Assembly: GCA_036985935.1 (NCBI GenBank)
Contig: BTQP01000002.1
Location: 1 to 37,802 of the forward strand
Source of the DNA: Acidimicrobiia bacterium
Lineage (GTDB): Bacteria > Actinomycetota > Acidimicrobiia > Spongiisociales > UBA5794
Reading direction: 5' to 3'
DNA length: 37,802 nucleotides
The number at the start of each line of letters is the position of its first letter. Within the stretch, counting starts at the first letter, position 1. The position numbers were made by a program, and so were the translations under genes. The notes below the pieces were generated by a model, which ran no database searches, was not told the origin of the DNA, and worked only from the letters and a program-made list of their open reading frames with translations. Of the stretch, positions 1 to 8,299 are shown in pieces.

Positions 1-951
1 GCGATGGCCGAGATAATGGCGGGGAGGGCGACGTCTGTCCAGACGGCCGCGTATCTGGCCGCGCTTGCCACGAAGGGCGAATCAGCGGATGAAATGGCTG
101 GAATGGTCGACTCGATGATGGCTGCCGCGGTCACAGTCGAGATCGACGATGTCGTCGACATCGTCGGAACGGGTGGAGATGGATTCGGCACCTTCAACAT
201 CTCGACGACGGCTGCATTCATTGCAGCGGGTGCGGGTGTGAGGATAGCGAAACACGGTAACCGGGCTGCATCCTCGAAGACAGGATCAGCTGACCTGCTC
301 GAGGCCGCCGGCTTTGATCTCGAGCTCGGACCCGAGGCAGTGGCGGAGATGATCGACGAGACCGGATTCGGGTTCTTTTTCGCTCCGCGGTACCACCCCG
401 CAATGCGACACGCGGCTCCCGTCCGACGTGAACTCGGTGTGAGGACCGTCTTCAATTTCCTTGGTCCGCTGTGCAACCCGGCCTCTGCGCGGATGAGCGT
501 CGGTACGTCGGATCCGCGGATGGCCCAGCTGATGGTCGACGTGCTGAAGGCACGCGGCGTCGACCGCGGATTCGTCGTGTACGGGGAAGAAGGTCTCGAC
601 GAGATCTCGACCGCGGGCCCGTCGCGGATCTTCCGTCTTATGGATGGCGAGGTTACCGAAGCCGAGTTCACGCCAGAGGACTTTGGCATCACCAGGGTGA
701 ATGTCGAGGACCTCGAGGGTGGCGACGTGGCACGCAACCTTGAGATCACGAATGCGATTCTTCGTGGCGAGTTGGGTCCGGCGAGGGATGCGGCGATCGT
801 CAATGCTTCTCCTGCTCTGGTCCTGGCCGGCATCGCCCTGGGATTCGTCGAGGGTGTTCAGTTGGCTACCAAAGCGGTTGATTCGGGTGCGGCGAAGGAC
901 GTGTTCGAGCGTTCCTTAACGAAGAGTCAACAGCTCTCGACATCCGGGTGA
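1..951 (+). CDS. trpD: Anthranilate phosphoribosyltransferase, 5' end truncated by the window edge
   Basis: Frame 1 is open from nt 1. The translation has TrpD hallmarks: VDIVGTGGDG, FNISTTAAFIAAGAG, KHGNRAASSKTGSADLLEA. Confidence 0.9.
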   Translation, partial: AMAEIMAGRATSVQTAAYLAALATKGESADEMAGMVDSMMAAAVTVEIDDVVDIVGTGGDGFGTFNISTTAAFIAAGAGVRIAKHGNRAASSKTGSADLLEAAGFDLELGPEAVAEMIDETGFGFFFAPRYHPAMRHAAPVRRELGVRTVFNFLGPLCNPASARMSVGTSDPRMAQLMVDVLKARGVDRGFVVYGEEGLDEISTAGPSRIFRLMDGEVTEAEFTPEDFGITRVNVEDLEGGDVARNLEITNAILRGELGPARDAAIVNASPALVLAGIALGFVEGVQLATKAVDSGAAKDVFERSLTKSQQLSTSG

Positions 952-981
952 TATGTCGAAGACATCGGTACGGTTGAGACC

Positions 982-1581
982 ATGAGACGCGTCGCCCTCC
1001 TTGTTTCGTTGATGATGGTGGCTGCTGCATGTGCTTCCGGTCCGCAGACGGCAGCGGTTGATGGGTCGGCGAACAGTCCCGCGACGACTACGCCCGGGTC
1101 CTCAGATGAGACGGGAGCCCAGGGGGCTACCCCGGCTCCAGGCGAAGCCGTTGATCTATTTCCCAGGCCGGAGGGGCCAAGCGCACCTGACTTCACTATG
1201 GCCCTGGCATCAGGCGAATCCTTCACCTTGTCGAATGAGCAGAAGCCCGTCTACATGATCTTTTGGGCGGAGTGGTGAAGCGTGTGTCGACGGGAGTTGC
1301 CCGTTGTCGACACGGTCTCGAACGACTACATCGATGAAGTGTCGTTCCTGGCGATCGCCGGTAGGAGCGACCTGGGGAAAACAACCGAAGTCGCGTCCGG
1401 GCTCTTGTCCGACAACGTCAACTGGGGGCTCGACGACAGTGTCTGGGATCTCTACGGCGTACGTGGCCAGCCGACGTCGGTTCTTGTCAGCCAGGGCGTT
1501 GTTGTCGATTTCTGGTTCGGAGCCATCGGTGAGGTCGGGTTACGCGAGCGTCTCGACGCACTCGTTGCGCTGAGCGCATAG
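982..1581 (+). CDS. TlpA/ResA-like thiol:disulfide oxidoreductase lipoprotein with an in-frame TGA (1276-1278) at the first CXXC position; candidate selenoprotein (UxxC)
   Basis: ORFs 982-1278 and 1282-1581 share frame 1 and are separated by one TGA. The read-through gives FWAEW-U-SVC-RRELP, matching VWASW-C-LPC-RSEAP of the paralogue at 2293-2772. The N-terminus has a signal peptide and lipobox (VAAAC). The C-terminal half carries the thioredoxin-fold cis-Pro region (GQPTSVLV). Confidence 0.7.
1284..1313 (+). promoter_or_regulatory. SECIS-like mRNA hairpin immediately downstream of the in-frame TGA
   Basis: Lower stem is 8 perfect bp (1284-1291 GTGTCGAC with 1306-1313 GTCGACAC). There is a 3-nt 3' bulge (1303-1305 GTT) and an upper stem GGG/CCC (1292-1294 with 1300-1302). 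The 5-nt apical loop is AGUUG (1295-1299). The hairpin starts 6 nt after the UGA. Confidence 0.55.
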
Positions 1582-1585
1582 ATCC

Positions 1586-2293
1586 TCAGCCCGTCGACTC
1601 CTTCGTCGTTCGCCTCTTGCTCACGATGGAGGCCACGAACATGGCTGCACCGGCCACAACGCCGGCGCTGTACAGGAGCATTGGCCCGCCCGCGAGGGAG
1701 ATTCGCAGCGGTTCGGTCCCCAGGCGGATGATCGAAGCGCTCAAGAGGGCCAAACCAGCGACAGAACCCGGCGCCGGTCGACCGTACTGCTTCCATAGAG
1801 CGAGGGCGATACTTGCGAGGGCCATACCGATAGCCGCATAGATCTCGACCGGGTGCCGTGTGATCTGGCTGCCCGGAAGCGCTACCGCCCATGGCAGCGA
1901 CGATTCTGCGCCGAGGCACGATCCGGTGGCGAGACACCCCGCATACCAGCCAGCGAGACCCATCAGAGCCGCGGGTGCGATACCGTCCGCGGCAGCGACC
2001 AGCGCATTGCGTGCAAGAAACGAAAACACGAGCAAGGTGCCGATCACCACGGCCACCGTCGAAACCCCGCTGCGCACGAGCATGATCTGGAGCGGCTCCG
2101 TTAGCGGGTTCACGCCGGTCTGGATCATCGATACGATCCTGCCGATGAACAGACCAGCGATTGCGGCTACGAGTCCAGTGTCCCAGATGTCGACCGCACA
2201 GCCTGCAGCGTTCCCTCGTTTCGCCTCCCAGCGGATCATTATCCAGAAACCGAAGACGCCGATCGCTGCGGCACCCAGCAGGCTGAACTCCAT
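1586..2293 (-). CDS. Prolipoprotein diacylglyceryl transferase (Lgt) family membrane protein
   Basis: Polytopic membrane protein with Lgt-like motifs: GRIVSMIQTG (compare GRxGNFxN) and ITRHPVEIYAAIG followed by IIRLGTEPLR (compare RHPxQLYE ... R..EFFR). Its ATG overlaps the upstream TlpA-like stop by 1 nt (TGATG at 2291-2295). Confidence 0.6.
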   Translation of the reverse strand: MEFSLLGAAAIGVFGFWIMIRWEAKRGNAAGCAVDIWDTGLVAAIAGLFIGRIVSMIQTGVNPLTEPLQIMLVRSGVSTVAVVIGTLLVFSFLARNALVAAADGIAPAALMGLAGWYAGCLATGSCLGAESSLPWAVALPGSQITRHPVEIYAAIGMALASIALALWKQYGRPAPGSVAGLALLSASIIRLGTEPLRISLAGGPMLLYSAGVVAGAAMFVASIVSKRRTTKESTG

Positions 2294-2772
2294 CAGCGGT
2301 CGATCTCGTCCAGGAAGCGGGCAAGCGTAGGTTCGTCGATGATCCCGAGGTGCATCTTCACGAGCTGTCCATCGGCGGCGTAGAAGAATGTGATCGGAAC
2401 GCCCGCCGTCGCCCCCATCTCGATGGGTATGCGTCCTGGACGGTCGCTGAGGTGGGTCATGTCGGCCTCTGAATAGAACTCGGCCATGAACTCCCGAGCG
2501 TTCTGTTCGGTGTCCCTGACGTTGAGAGCGATGAACTCGACGTCAGGAGATACCCGGGTCGCCTGGGCGAGCAGCGGGGCCTCGCTCCGGCACGGGAGAC
2601 ACCATGATGCCCAAACGTTTACGACGGTAGGTTGGTCGCCGGTGGTGATCATGGTATTCAACTCGTCGAGTGTGGTTGGTGTCGGTGCATCCGGTAGGGG
2701 ACCGGTTGGAGCAGACGAGCACGCGGCGACAACCAGCGTGAAAGCAGCGAAAAGCATGATCTGGCGGCGCAT
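2293..2772 (-). CDS. TlpA/ResA-like thiol:disulfide oxidoreductase lipoprotein (Cys form, WCLPC)
   Basis: Has a signal peptide and lipobox (LVVAAC), the VVNVWASWCLPCRSEAP motif and a thioredoxin fold. Start placed at ATG 2772 (MRRQIMLF...) because the longer ORF start at 2805 would overlap the upstream gene's stop. ATG 2757 is also possible. Confidence 0.8.
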   Translation of the reverse strand: MRRQIMLFAAFTLVVAACSSAPTGPLPDAPTPTTLDELNTMITTGDQPTVVNVWASWCLPCRSEAPLLAQATRVSPDVEFIALNVRDTEQNAREFMAEFYSEADMTHLSDRPGRIPIEMGATAGVPITFFYAADGQLVKMHLGIIDEPTLARFLDEIDR

Positions 2773-2782
2773 CGGTCGAAGG

Positions 2783-3847
2783 TTAGGAGAGGTGCTTTCC
2801 AACATGTGAGTGAAGGGCCGCGACCAGGCGCTGGTTCTCGATCGGCGATCTCACCGTGAAGCGCAGGAACTCGTTCAGCGGGTGCGCCTCGGGATACGAT
2901 CGCACAACGAGTCCCTCCGTCAGCAGCGCGTCGGCGAGATGTCCCGCGCTCGGTCCTACATGGCACAGGAGAAAGTTCGCTGTAGACGGAATCACGGAGA
3001 TGCCGGCGGCTGAAAGAGCCCTGGCAAACGAGTCGCGTTCCTTCACGGTGGCGCGCACGATTCTTTCCATGCGCTGTGGTTCGCTCAGGGCCTTCTCGGC
3101 AACCAGGTGGGACAGGGTTGAGATCGATCCGGGAGGCCGGATGCGGTCGAGTTCGAGGATGAGGTCTGCGTGGCCGAACGCGAACCCGACACGGATGCCT
3201 GCCAGACCGAATCCCTTGGACATCGTGTGGAGCACGAGAAGGTTCGGATATCGATCTACCCACTGCGCCCAGCGGTCACCGACGAATTCGGCGTACGCCG
3301 CATCGATCACGACGATTCCTTTTGCAGAGGAGATGATCGACTTGATCACTTCGTTGTCGACCCGCTCACCCGTCGGATTGTTCGGTACACACAACCATGT
3401 CACGTCTGACGTCTCGGCGGCCTCCGTGATCTCATCGACCGGGAACATGTCGAATCGTGGCTCGAGAATTGGAACGAACTCGGCGTGATGCTGGACCGTG
3501 GCGATCTCGTACAGCGGATAGGTAGGGACAACAGCACAGGCTTGCCGGCCCGGACCAAGGAACGCCTTTGCGGTGAGGTCGATCAGTTCGTCGATCCCGG
3601 CCCCAGGAACGATGTTGGATGGGTCCGTGTCGAGATACAAAGCTGCCGCGACGCGGAGGGATCGATACGAGGCCCCGGGATATTCGTTCAGATTGCGGGC
3701 GAGCGGCGAGATCATTCCTGTCGCCCATGTCGTGTCGTTTGCCGCGGTGTTGTGGTCGAAGCGGACGATCTGAGACTCGTGCAGGTTGAATCGTTGGGCG
3801 ATTTCCGCCGTCGTTGGCTGCCATTCGTAGGTCGGTTGATCCGTCAC
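2783..3847 (-). CDS. PLP-dependent class I/II aminotransferase (HisC/CobD-like)
   Basis: Motifs VPNNPTG and HTMSKGFGLAGIRVGFAFG (PLP lysine). Length 354 aa. The exact substrate cannot be resolved by eye. Confidence 0.7.
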   Translation of the reverse strand: MTDQPTYEWQPTTAEIAQRFNLHESQIVRFDHNTAANDTTWATGMISPLARNLNEYPGASYRSLRVAAALYLDTDPSNIVPGAGIDELIDLTAKAFLGPGRQACAVVPTYPLYEIATVQHHAEFVPILEPRFDMFPVDEITEAAETSDVTWLCVPNNPTGERVDNEVIKSIISSAKGIVVIDAAYAEFVGDRWAQWVDRYPNLLVLHTMSKGFGLAGIRVGFAFGHADLILELDRIRPPGSISTLSHLVAEKALSEPQRMERIVRATVKERDSFARALSAAGISVIPSTANFLLCHVGPSAGHLADALLTEGLVVRSYPEAHPLNEFLRFTVRSPIENQRLVAALHSHVGKHLS

Positions 3848-3977
3848 ACGTGTCCCTGGGGTGATAGGTCAGCATACGCCACGACCATGTTTCTGTTCCC
3901 GGCGCCTGGCTCTTCTGAATCTGGGTTGAACGGCGAGCCCCGGCTGGCGAGTCTGATGCGGCACTAACGTCTTGTGT

Positions 3978-4310
3978 ATGGCGCAGCCGACGATCTCAGA
4001 TTTTCTCGATATGGCTCTGCTCGTTGGCACCGTTGTGCGGTGTGAGGTGAATACCGGTGCTCGGGATCCCGCACTGTGCCTCTGGATCGACTTCGGCAGC
4101 GGAGGCACGAAACAATCGTCAGCGAAGATCACAGACCACTATGACCCGCAGAGCCTGGTTGGCAGACAGGTAGTCGCGGTAACAGGATTCGAGCCTATCC
4201 GGGTGGGAGGTTTTCGCTCGGAGGTCCTCGTCGTCGGGGCGCTCACCGACGATGGTGTCGTGTTGCTTGCCCCCGACCGCCCCGTTGCCCCCGGCTCGTC
4301 CGTCGCGTAA
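3978..4310 (+). CDS. CsaA/YgjH-like tRNA-binding (EMAP/OB-fold) domain protein
   Basis: About 110 aa. FLDMALLVGTVVRCEV...LWIDFG...KQSSAKIT...LVGRQVVAVTGFEP...G.RSEVLVVG is typical of CsaA-type tRNA-binding domain proteins. ATG at 3978 preferred over TTG at 3972. Confidence 0.7.
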   Translation: MAQPTISDFLDMALLVGTVVRCEVNTGARDPALCLWIDFGSGGTKQSSAKITDHYDPQSLVGRQVVAVTGFEPIRVGGFRSEVLVVGALTDDGVVLLAPDRPVAPGSSVA

Positions 4311-4320
4311 TTCGCGGCGT

Positions 4321-5952
4321 TCACGGCACCACGGCGACGTTTCCGTCGCTCCGTCGATCAAGAGATGGCACAGGGGTCGACGGCGTGGTGAACACACCGT
4401 CAACGTGATCGAGTGTGACGCCGCCACTGCAGATCCAGCGCCACAAGAGCATCGCTTCGTCAATCGCAAGCGTATTTGGTGGCTGTGGCTCACATGGGGC
4501 GGTGATGGAAACAACGAGCGGTGGTGTGCTGCCGGTGGGCCACGCAGCAACGAGGTGACCCTTGTCGATGATCACTGTGACGCCATCGGCGCCGGAAGCG
4601 TGTATTCGGCCGGCGTTCTGGAAGGCGGTCCAGGCCCGTGACCGTTCGAGTGTCCGAGAGAGTGACTGCCATCGATCGCGTACGAGTGCAGCATCCTCGA
4701 ACAGCTGCCCTGCTGCAAGTGCCCGCATCCGGGTCTCGATCTCTGCCTTGAGGTTGGCGGGACGATCGATACCGAGGATCAAATCGCGCACGATATCTGC
4801 GTAGGATTCAACGGAGATATCACCGTCACACGGGCATACGGCTCGCCCGAGCTGGGAGAAGCCGCATCCCTTGCCTCGCGACGTGCAACGCCGTATGCGT
4901 GTCGCATCCCAAAGGGCGTGCACGACCGCCTCGGCAGCCCTACGGGAGCGGAATGGACCAAGAGCAAGCGGTGTGTTGCCGGCAGTGCGAGTGATCGACA
5001 GACGCGGGAATCGTTCAGATGTCAGCCGCACCCAGTGTTCGGATCTTGGAGGTTTCGATCTTCGGTTGTAGTGCGGTCGCTTTTCATGGATCTCGCGAAT
5101 CTCGAGCACGGCTGCTTCGATCTCGCCACATGTCTTGTGATAGCGAACCTCGTCGAGGTCCCTGAGGAGATTGTCTGTCCGTCGCCTGGTGTCACCTGCG
5201 AAGTAGGACCGTACGCGGCTGCGTAGATTCGTCGCCTTGCCGATGTAGATCGCCTTTCCGCTTCGATCCACGAATGTGTACACGCCGGGGCCCCGGGGTA
5301 GGTGTTCGGTGAGAGAGAGCTTTGCAATTGCCCTGGAGCCCCTGATCGTGGGCAGGGCGAGCAGATCATCGAGGTGGGTCACGCCGATCGATCCTGCTCT
5401 TTCGAGCAGTGACCAGAACACATGTGCGGTTGCGAGGGCATCGTCGAGGGCTCGGTGGTTCGGAACGACCGGCGACCCGAAATATGCGGCGAGGCTCGAC
5501 AGCTTCATACTGCGCACGTCGTTTCGGATCAGTCGTTGCGCGAGCCGCAGCGTGTCGGCGTGGCGGTGTGGCAGTTTTCCGTAACCGAGGCGTATCGCTG
5601 CGGCGTTGAGGAAGGAGATATCAAAACGAACGTTGTGACCTACGATCACCGAGTCTCCGAGAAATTCGAGAAACGAGGGCAGAGCCTCCTCGATCCTCGG
5701 CGCTTCGATCACCATTGCTTGCGTGATTCCCGTGATCACCGTCACCGCCGGTGGTATAGCGAGGCCGGGATTCACCAGTGTCTGAAAACGAGCGACCTCC
5801 ACACCTCCGACGTATTTCGCTGCTCCGATCTCGGTGATCTCGCACGTGTCGGGGGCAACACCGGTCGTTTCGAGGTCGAGCACGCAGAACGGAACGTCTG
5901 CAAGGGGTGTTCCGAGTTCTTCAAACGATCGTTGGCCGACGAGTGTCGTCAT
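4321..5952 (-). CDS. DEDDh 3'-5' exonuclease (DnaQ-like) fused to a GIY-YIG nuclease domain
   Basis: Exo motifs: FCVLDLETTG, HNVRFDISFLN, HRALDDALATAHVF. These are followed by GIY-YIG (GVYTFVDRSGKAIYIGKATNLRSRVRSYF). Start at ATG 5952 (GGGGG 4 nt upstream) preferred over ATG 5976, which lies inside the SOS box. Confidence 0.8.
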   Translation of the reverse strand: MTTLVGQRSFEELGTPLADVPFCVLDLETTGVAPDTCEITEIGAAKYVGGVEVARFQTLVNPGLAIPPAVTVITGITQAMVIEAPRIEEALPSFLEFLGDSVIVGHNVRFDISFLNAAAIRLGYGKLPHRHADTLRLAQRLIRNDVRSMKLSSLAAYFGSPVVPNHRALDDALATAHVFWSLLERAGSIGVTHLDDLLALPTIRGSRAIAKLSLTEHLPRGPGVYTFVDRSGKAIYIGKATNLRSRVRSYFAGDTRRRTDNLLRDLDEVRYHKTCGEIEAAVLEIREIHEKRPHYNRRSKPPRSEHWVRLTSERFPRLSITRTAGNTPLALGPFRSRRAAEAVVHALWDATRIRRCTSRGKGCGFSQLGRAVCPCDGDISVESYADIVRDLILGIDRPANLKAEIETRMRALAAGQLFEDAALVRDRWQSLSRTLERSRAWTAFQNAGRIHASGADGVTVIIDKGHLVAAWPTGSTPPLVVSITAPCEPQPPNTLAIDEAMLLWRWICSGGVTLDHVDGVFTTPSTPVPSLDRRSDGNVAVVP

Positions 5953-5968
5953 GAACCCCCGAGCATAG

Positions 5969-5984
5969 TCGAACATATGTTCGA
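5969..5984. promoter_or_regulatory. LexA-type SOS box TCGAAC-ATAT-GTTCGA
   Basis: Perfect match to the mycobacterial/actinobacterial SOS box consensus TCGAAC-N4-GTTCGA. It is embedded in an 18-nt perfect palindrome (5968-5985), 17 nt upstream of the preferred exonuclease start. Confidence 0.7.
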
Positions 5985-6021
5985 CATGATGTATTGATCA
6001 ACGCTGTTCTAGGATTTCCCT

Positions 6022-6519
6022 ATGCGAATCGATGGCAGGGTGTGGTTCGACTTCACGAACCCGGAGGTGTGGCACTTCTACCGATTCGTCAGGGCGTTCG
6101 TCGAGGCCGGGAACCACGCAGCGATCGAGTGGCTCCCCCTGTACAACGACAGCGAGGTCGAAGCGATGTCGGCATTTGTGATGCCGCGGAATTCCGAGGA
6201 TCGGGGCCGGTTCCTTCATGCAATGCTCGGTCTTGTGCACATGGAACACCTCGATGCAAACAAAGAGGCCACAGTCGTGAACGCGCTCGAAAGTGCCGGA
6301 CTAGCGTCAGAGATCGTTATCGACGTGCCACAACTGCAACAGCTTGCAAAGGACGCCCACGACCTCGGGGTTCAGCGCACCCCGACGATCTACAACCACG
6401 GTCCCGTCATGCATGTCACGCTCAACGGTGCGGCGACCGCCGGTGACGTCGAGGAGACAGGTCGCACGCTGATGGACGTCCTTGGCAACGACGGAATCTG
6501 GGCCATCGAAAAACCGTAG
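6022..6519 (+). CDS. DsbA/FrnE-like thioredoxin-fold protein lacking the CXXC cysteines
   Basis: VWFDFTNPEVWHFY occupies the position of the F-x-D-x-x-CPWC-Y motif of DsbA-like proteins. GVQRTPTI is the cis-Pro region. There is no cysteine in the whole ORF translation. Confidence 0.5.
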   Translation: MRIDGRVWFDFTNPEVWHFYRFVRAFVEAGNHAAIEWLPLYNDSEVEAMSAFVMPRNSEDRGRFLHAMLGLVHMEHLDANKEATVVNALESAGLASEIVIDVPQLQQLAKDAHDLGVQRTPTIYNHGPVMHVTLNGAATAGDVEETGRTLMDVLGNDGIWAIEKP

Positions 6520-6542
6520 TCAACGGTCCGGGCAAGAAGTGC

Positions 6543-7325
6543 TCATGCGTCGCCCCGCCTCTGTCTGATTGCCTCAGCGGTGAAAATGCCTGCGGCTACC
6601 GATGCATTGAGCGAATCTGCAGCGCCGTGCATCGGGACCATCGCTGCTCTCCCGGCCTCCAGCCACGTCGTATCGACGCCTTCGTGCTCGCTGCCTATCA
6701 CAATGCTGAGTGGTGGGGTCAGGTCCAGATCCCACAACGCCGCGGAAGAGGGGCTTGTGTGGGCGACAACGATCGTCGTGCGTTCAGTGCACCATTCGAT
6801 GGCTGTTTGTCTGTTCGTGACCGCAAGGGGCGTCGAGAACAATGATCCCTGTGCCGATCGCACGACGTTCGGGTTGGTGATGTCGGTACCGAGAGACGCA
6901 CCGATGAACGCTGCGCCCATCGCGTCACATGATCGAATGATCGCACCGATGTTGCCGGGTTTCTCGATTCCGTCGGCTACGAGCACGAGGGCCGGTTCGG
7001 GAGGTACGAAGCTACTCAATGCGAAGTCCGGTTGCTGTGCAACGACAAGGACTCCGTCGGGTCGCTGGCGATGAGACAACTTGTCGAATACTCGAGTATT
7101 GACGGTGACCACATTCGGGAGATCGAGCGTTTCACCGGCGTATTCGGGGCAGACGACCGTCTCGAGGACGGTGAGCAGCTCACCGGCTCTCGTGGCTTCT
7201 CGATAGCCTTCGATCAGGAAACGCTCTGTCCTGTCCCGCTCGGAACGTTTTGACAACGCGAGCCAGCTCTTGACCCGCGGATTCGCGGGACTCTCGATAT
7301 CGACCAGATGCTCCATTGGTGCCAA
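6543..7325 (-). CDS. TrmH/SpoU-family RNA 2'-O-methyltransferase
   Basis: SpoU motifs: GNIGAIIRSCDAMGA, IVIGSEHEGV, SLNASVAAGI. Confidence 0.85.
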   Translation of the reverse strand: MAPMEHLVDIESPANPRVKSWLALSKRSERDRTERFLIEGYREATRAGELLTVLETVVCPEYAGETLDLPNVVTVNTRVFDKLSHRQRPDGVLVVAQQPDFALSSFVPPEPALVLVADGIEKPGNIGAIIRSCDAMGAAFIGASLGTDITNPNVVRSAQGSLFSTPLAVTNRQTAIEWCTERTTIVVAHTSPSSAALWDLDLTPPLSIVIGSEHEGVDTTWLEAGRAAMVPMHGAADSLNASVAAGIFTAEAIRQRRGDA

Positions 7326-7411
7326 TCGGTGTTGCTTTCGATCAAGCGAATGGTGCCACGGTCTGCGTTGCTACCAGTTCTCCGTGACTCTGGACCGTGT
7401 AGCGTTCCAGC

Positions 7412-8284
7412 ATGTTGCGTGAACTCGAGATCAGCGGTCCCTTTGACCTCGGTTCCACAACCAGGGTCCTGAAGGTTGGTTCGCGGGACCGTGATGGTGC
7501 GTGGTGGTGGGCGACACAGACGTCCTGCGGGCCCGGCACCATCCGGGTCGCACGGACACATGGTGGTGTCGAAGCTGAGAGTTGGGGTCCAGGTGGTGAG
7601 TTGCTCCTGGATCGGCTTGCGACCCTCATCGGTGCGGATGATGTTGTCGGAATCGAAGGGGACAACGCCAACGTAGCCGACCTCCTGCGTCGATCTGCAG
7701 CGACACGCCTCGGCGCAACGGGGGCCGTTTTCGAGTCGACCGTGCTGACGGTTCTTGGTCAACTCGTCACGAAGACCGAATCTACGGAGGCGCGTCGGCG
7801 GCTGGTGCACCGGTTCGGTCAACCGGGGCCCGGCCCAAACCAGTCGCTCACGATGTTTCCTCGACCCGAGGTCATCGCAGCCCTGACGTACGACGATCTG
7901 CACGACGCCGGGGTGGAACGAAAACGAGCTTCGACCGTCATCGAGGTCGCACGGCGCTCGAAACGACTCGACGAGATCCTTGGCATGGACAACGATGCGG
8001 CCCGGAGGCGTCTGTCTGCCGTTCGCGGGATCGGTCCATGGACAACCGAGATCGTGATGGGCGTTGCCTACGGTGACAAGGATGCCGTACCTCCGGGTGA
8101 CTACCATCTGCCAAATTCGATCGCATTCGCCCTTGCTGGCGAAGCACGGGGCGACGACCAGCGCATGTTCGAGTTGCTAGAGCCGTACCGCCCGGAGCGG
8201 CGCAGGGTTGTCGTTGCGCTCAAGGTCGCTGGTGTCCATGCCCCGCGGTACGGGCCAAAATCGGCCGTTCGTCGGCATCTGTAG
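7412..8284 (+). CDS. HhH-GPD DNA glycosylase (AlkA-like 3-methyladenine glycosylase II family)
   Basis: C-terminal LSAVRGIGPWTTEIVMGVAYGDKDAVPPGDYHL is the HhH-GPD signature with the catalytic Asp region. Confidence 0.7.
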   Translation: MLRELEISGPFDLGSTTRVLKVGSRDRDGAWWWATQTSCGPGTIRVARTHGGVEAESWGPGGELLLDRLATLIGADDVVGIEGDNANVADLLRRSAATRLGATGAVFESTVLTVLGQLVTKTESTEARRRLVHRFGQPGPGPNQSLTMFPRPEVIAALTYDDLHDAGVERKRASTVIEVARRSKRLDEILGMDNDAARRRLSAVRGIGPWTTEIVMGVAYGDKDAVPPGDYHLPNSIAFALAGEARGDDQRMFELLEPYRPERRRVVVALKVAGVHAPRYGPKSAVRRHL

Positions 8285-8299
8285 ACCCCGCCGGGACAT

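Noticed and set aside
1276-1278. Alternative reading of the TGA as a simple nonsense mutation, giving a pseudogene or two separate small genes.
   Set aside because: Not fully excluded. It is disfavoured because the stop falls exactly on the catalytic Cys codon, both flanks stay in frame with intact fold motifs, and a bulged hairpin follows at SECIS distance. The 1282 GTG has no independent ribosome-binding context and would yield a fragment lacking signal peptide and active site.
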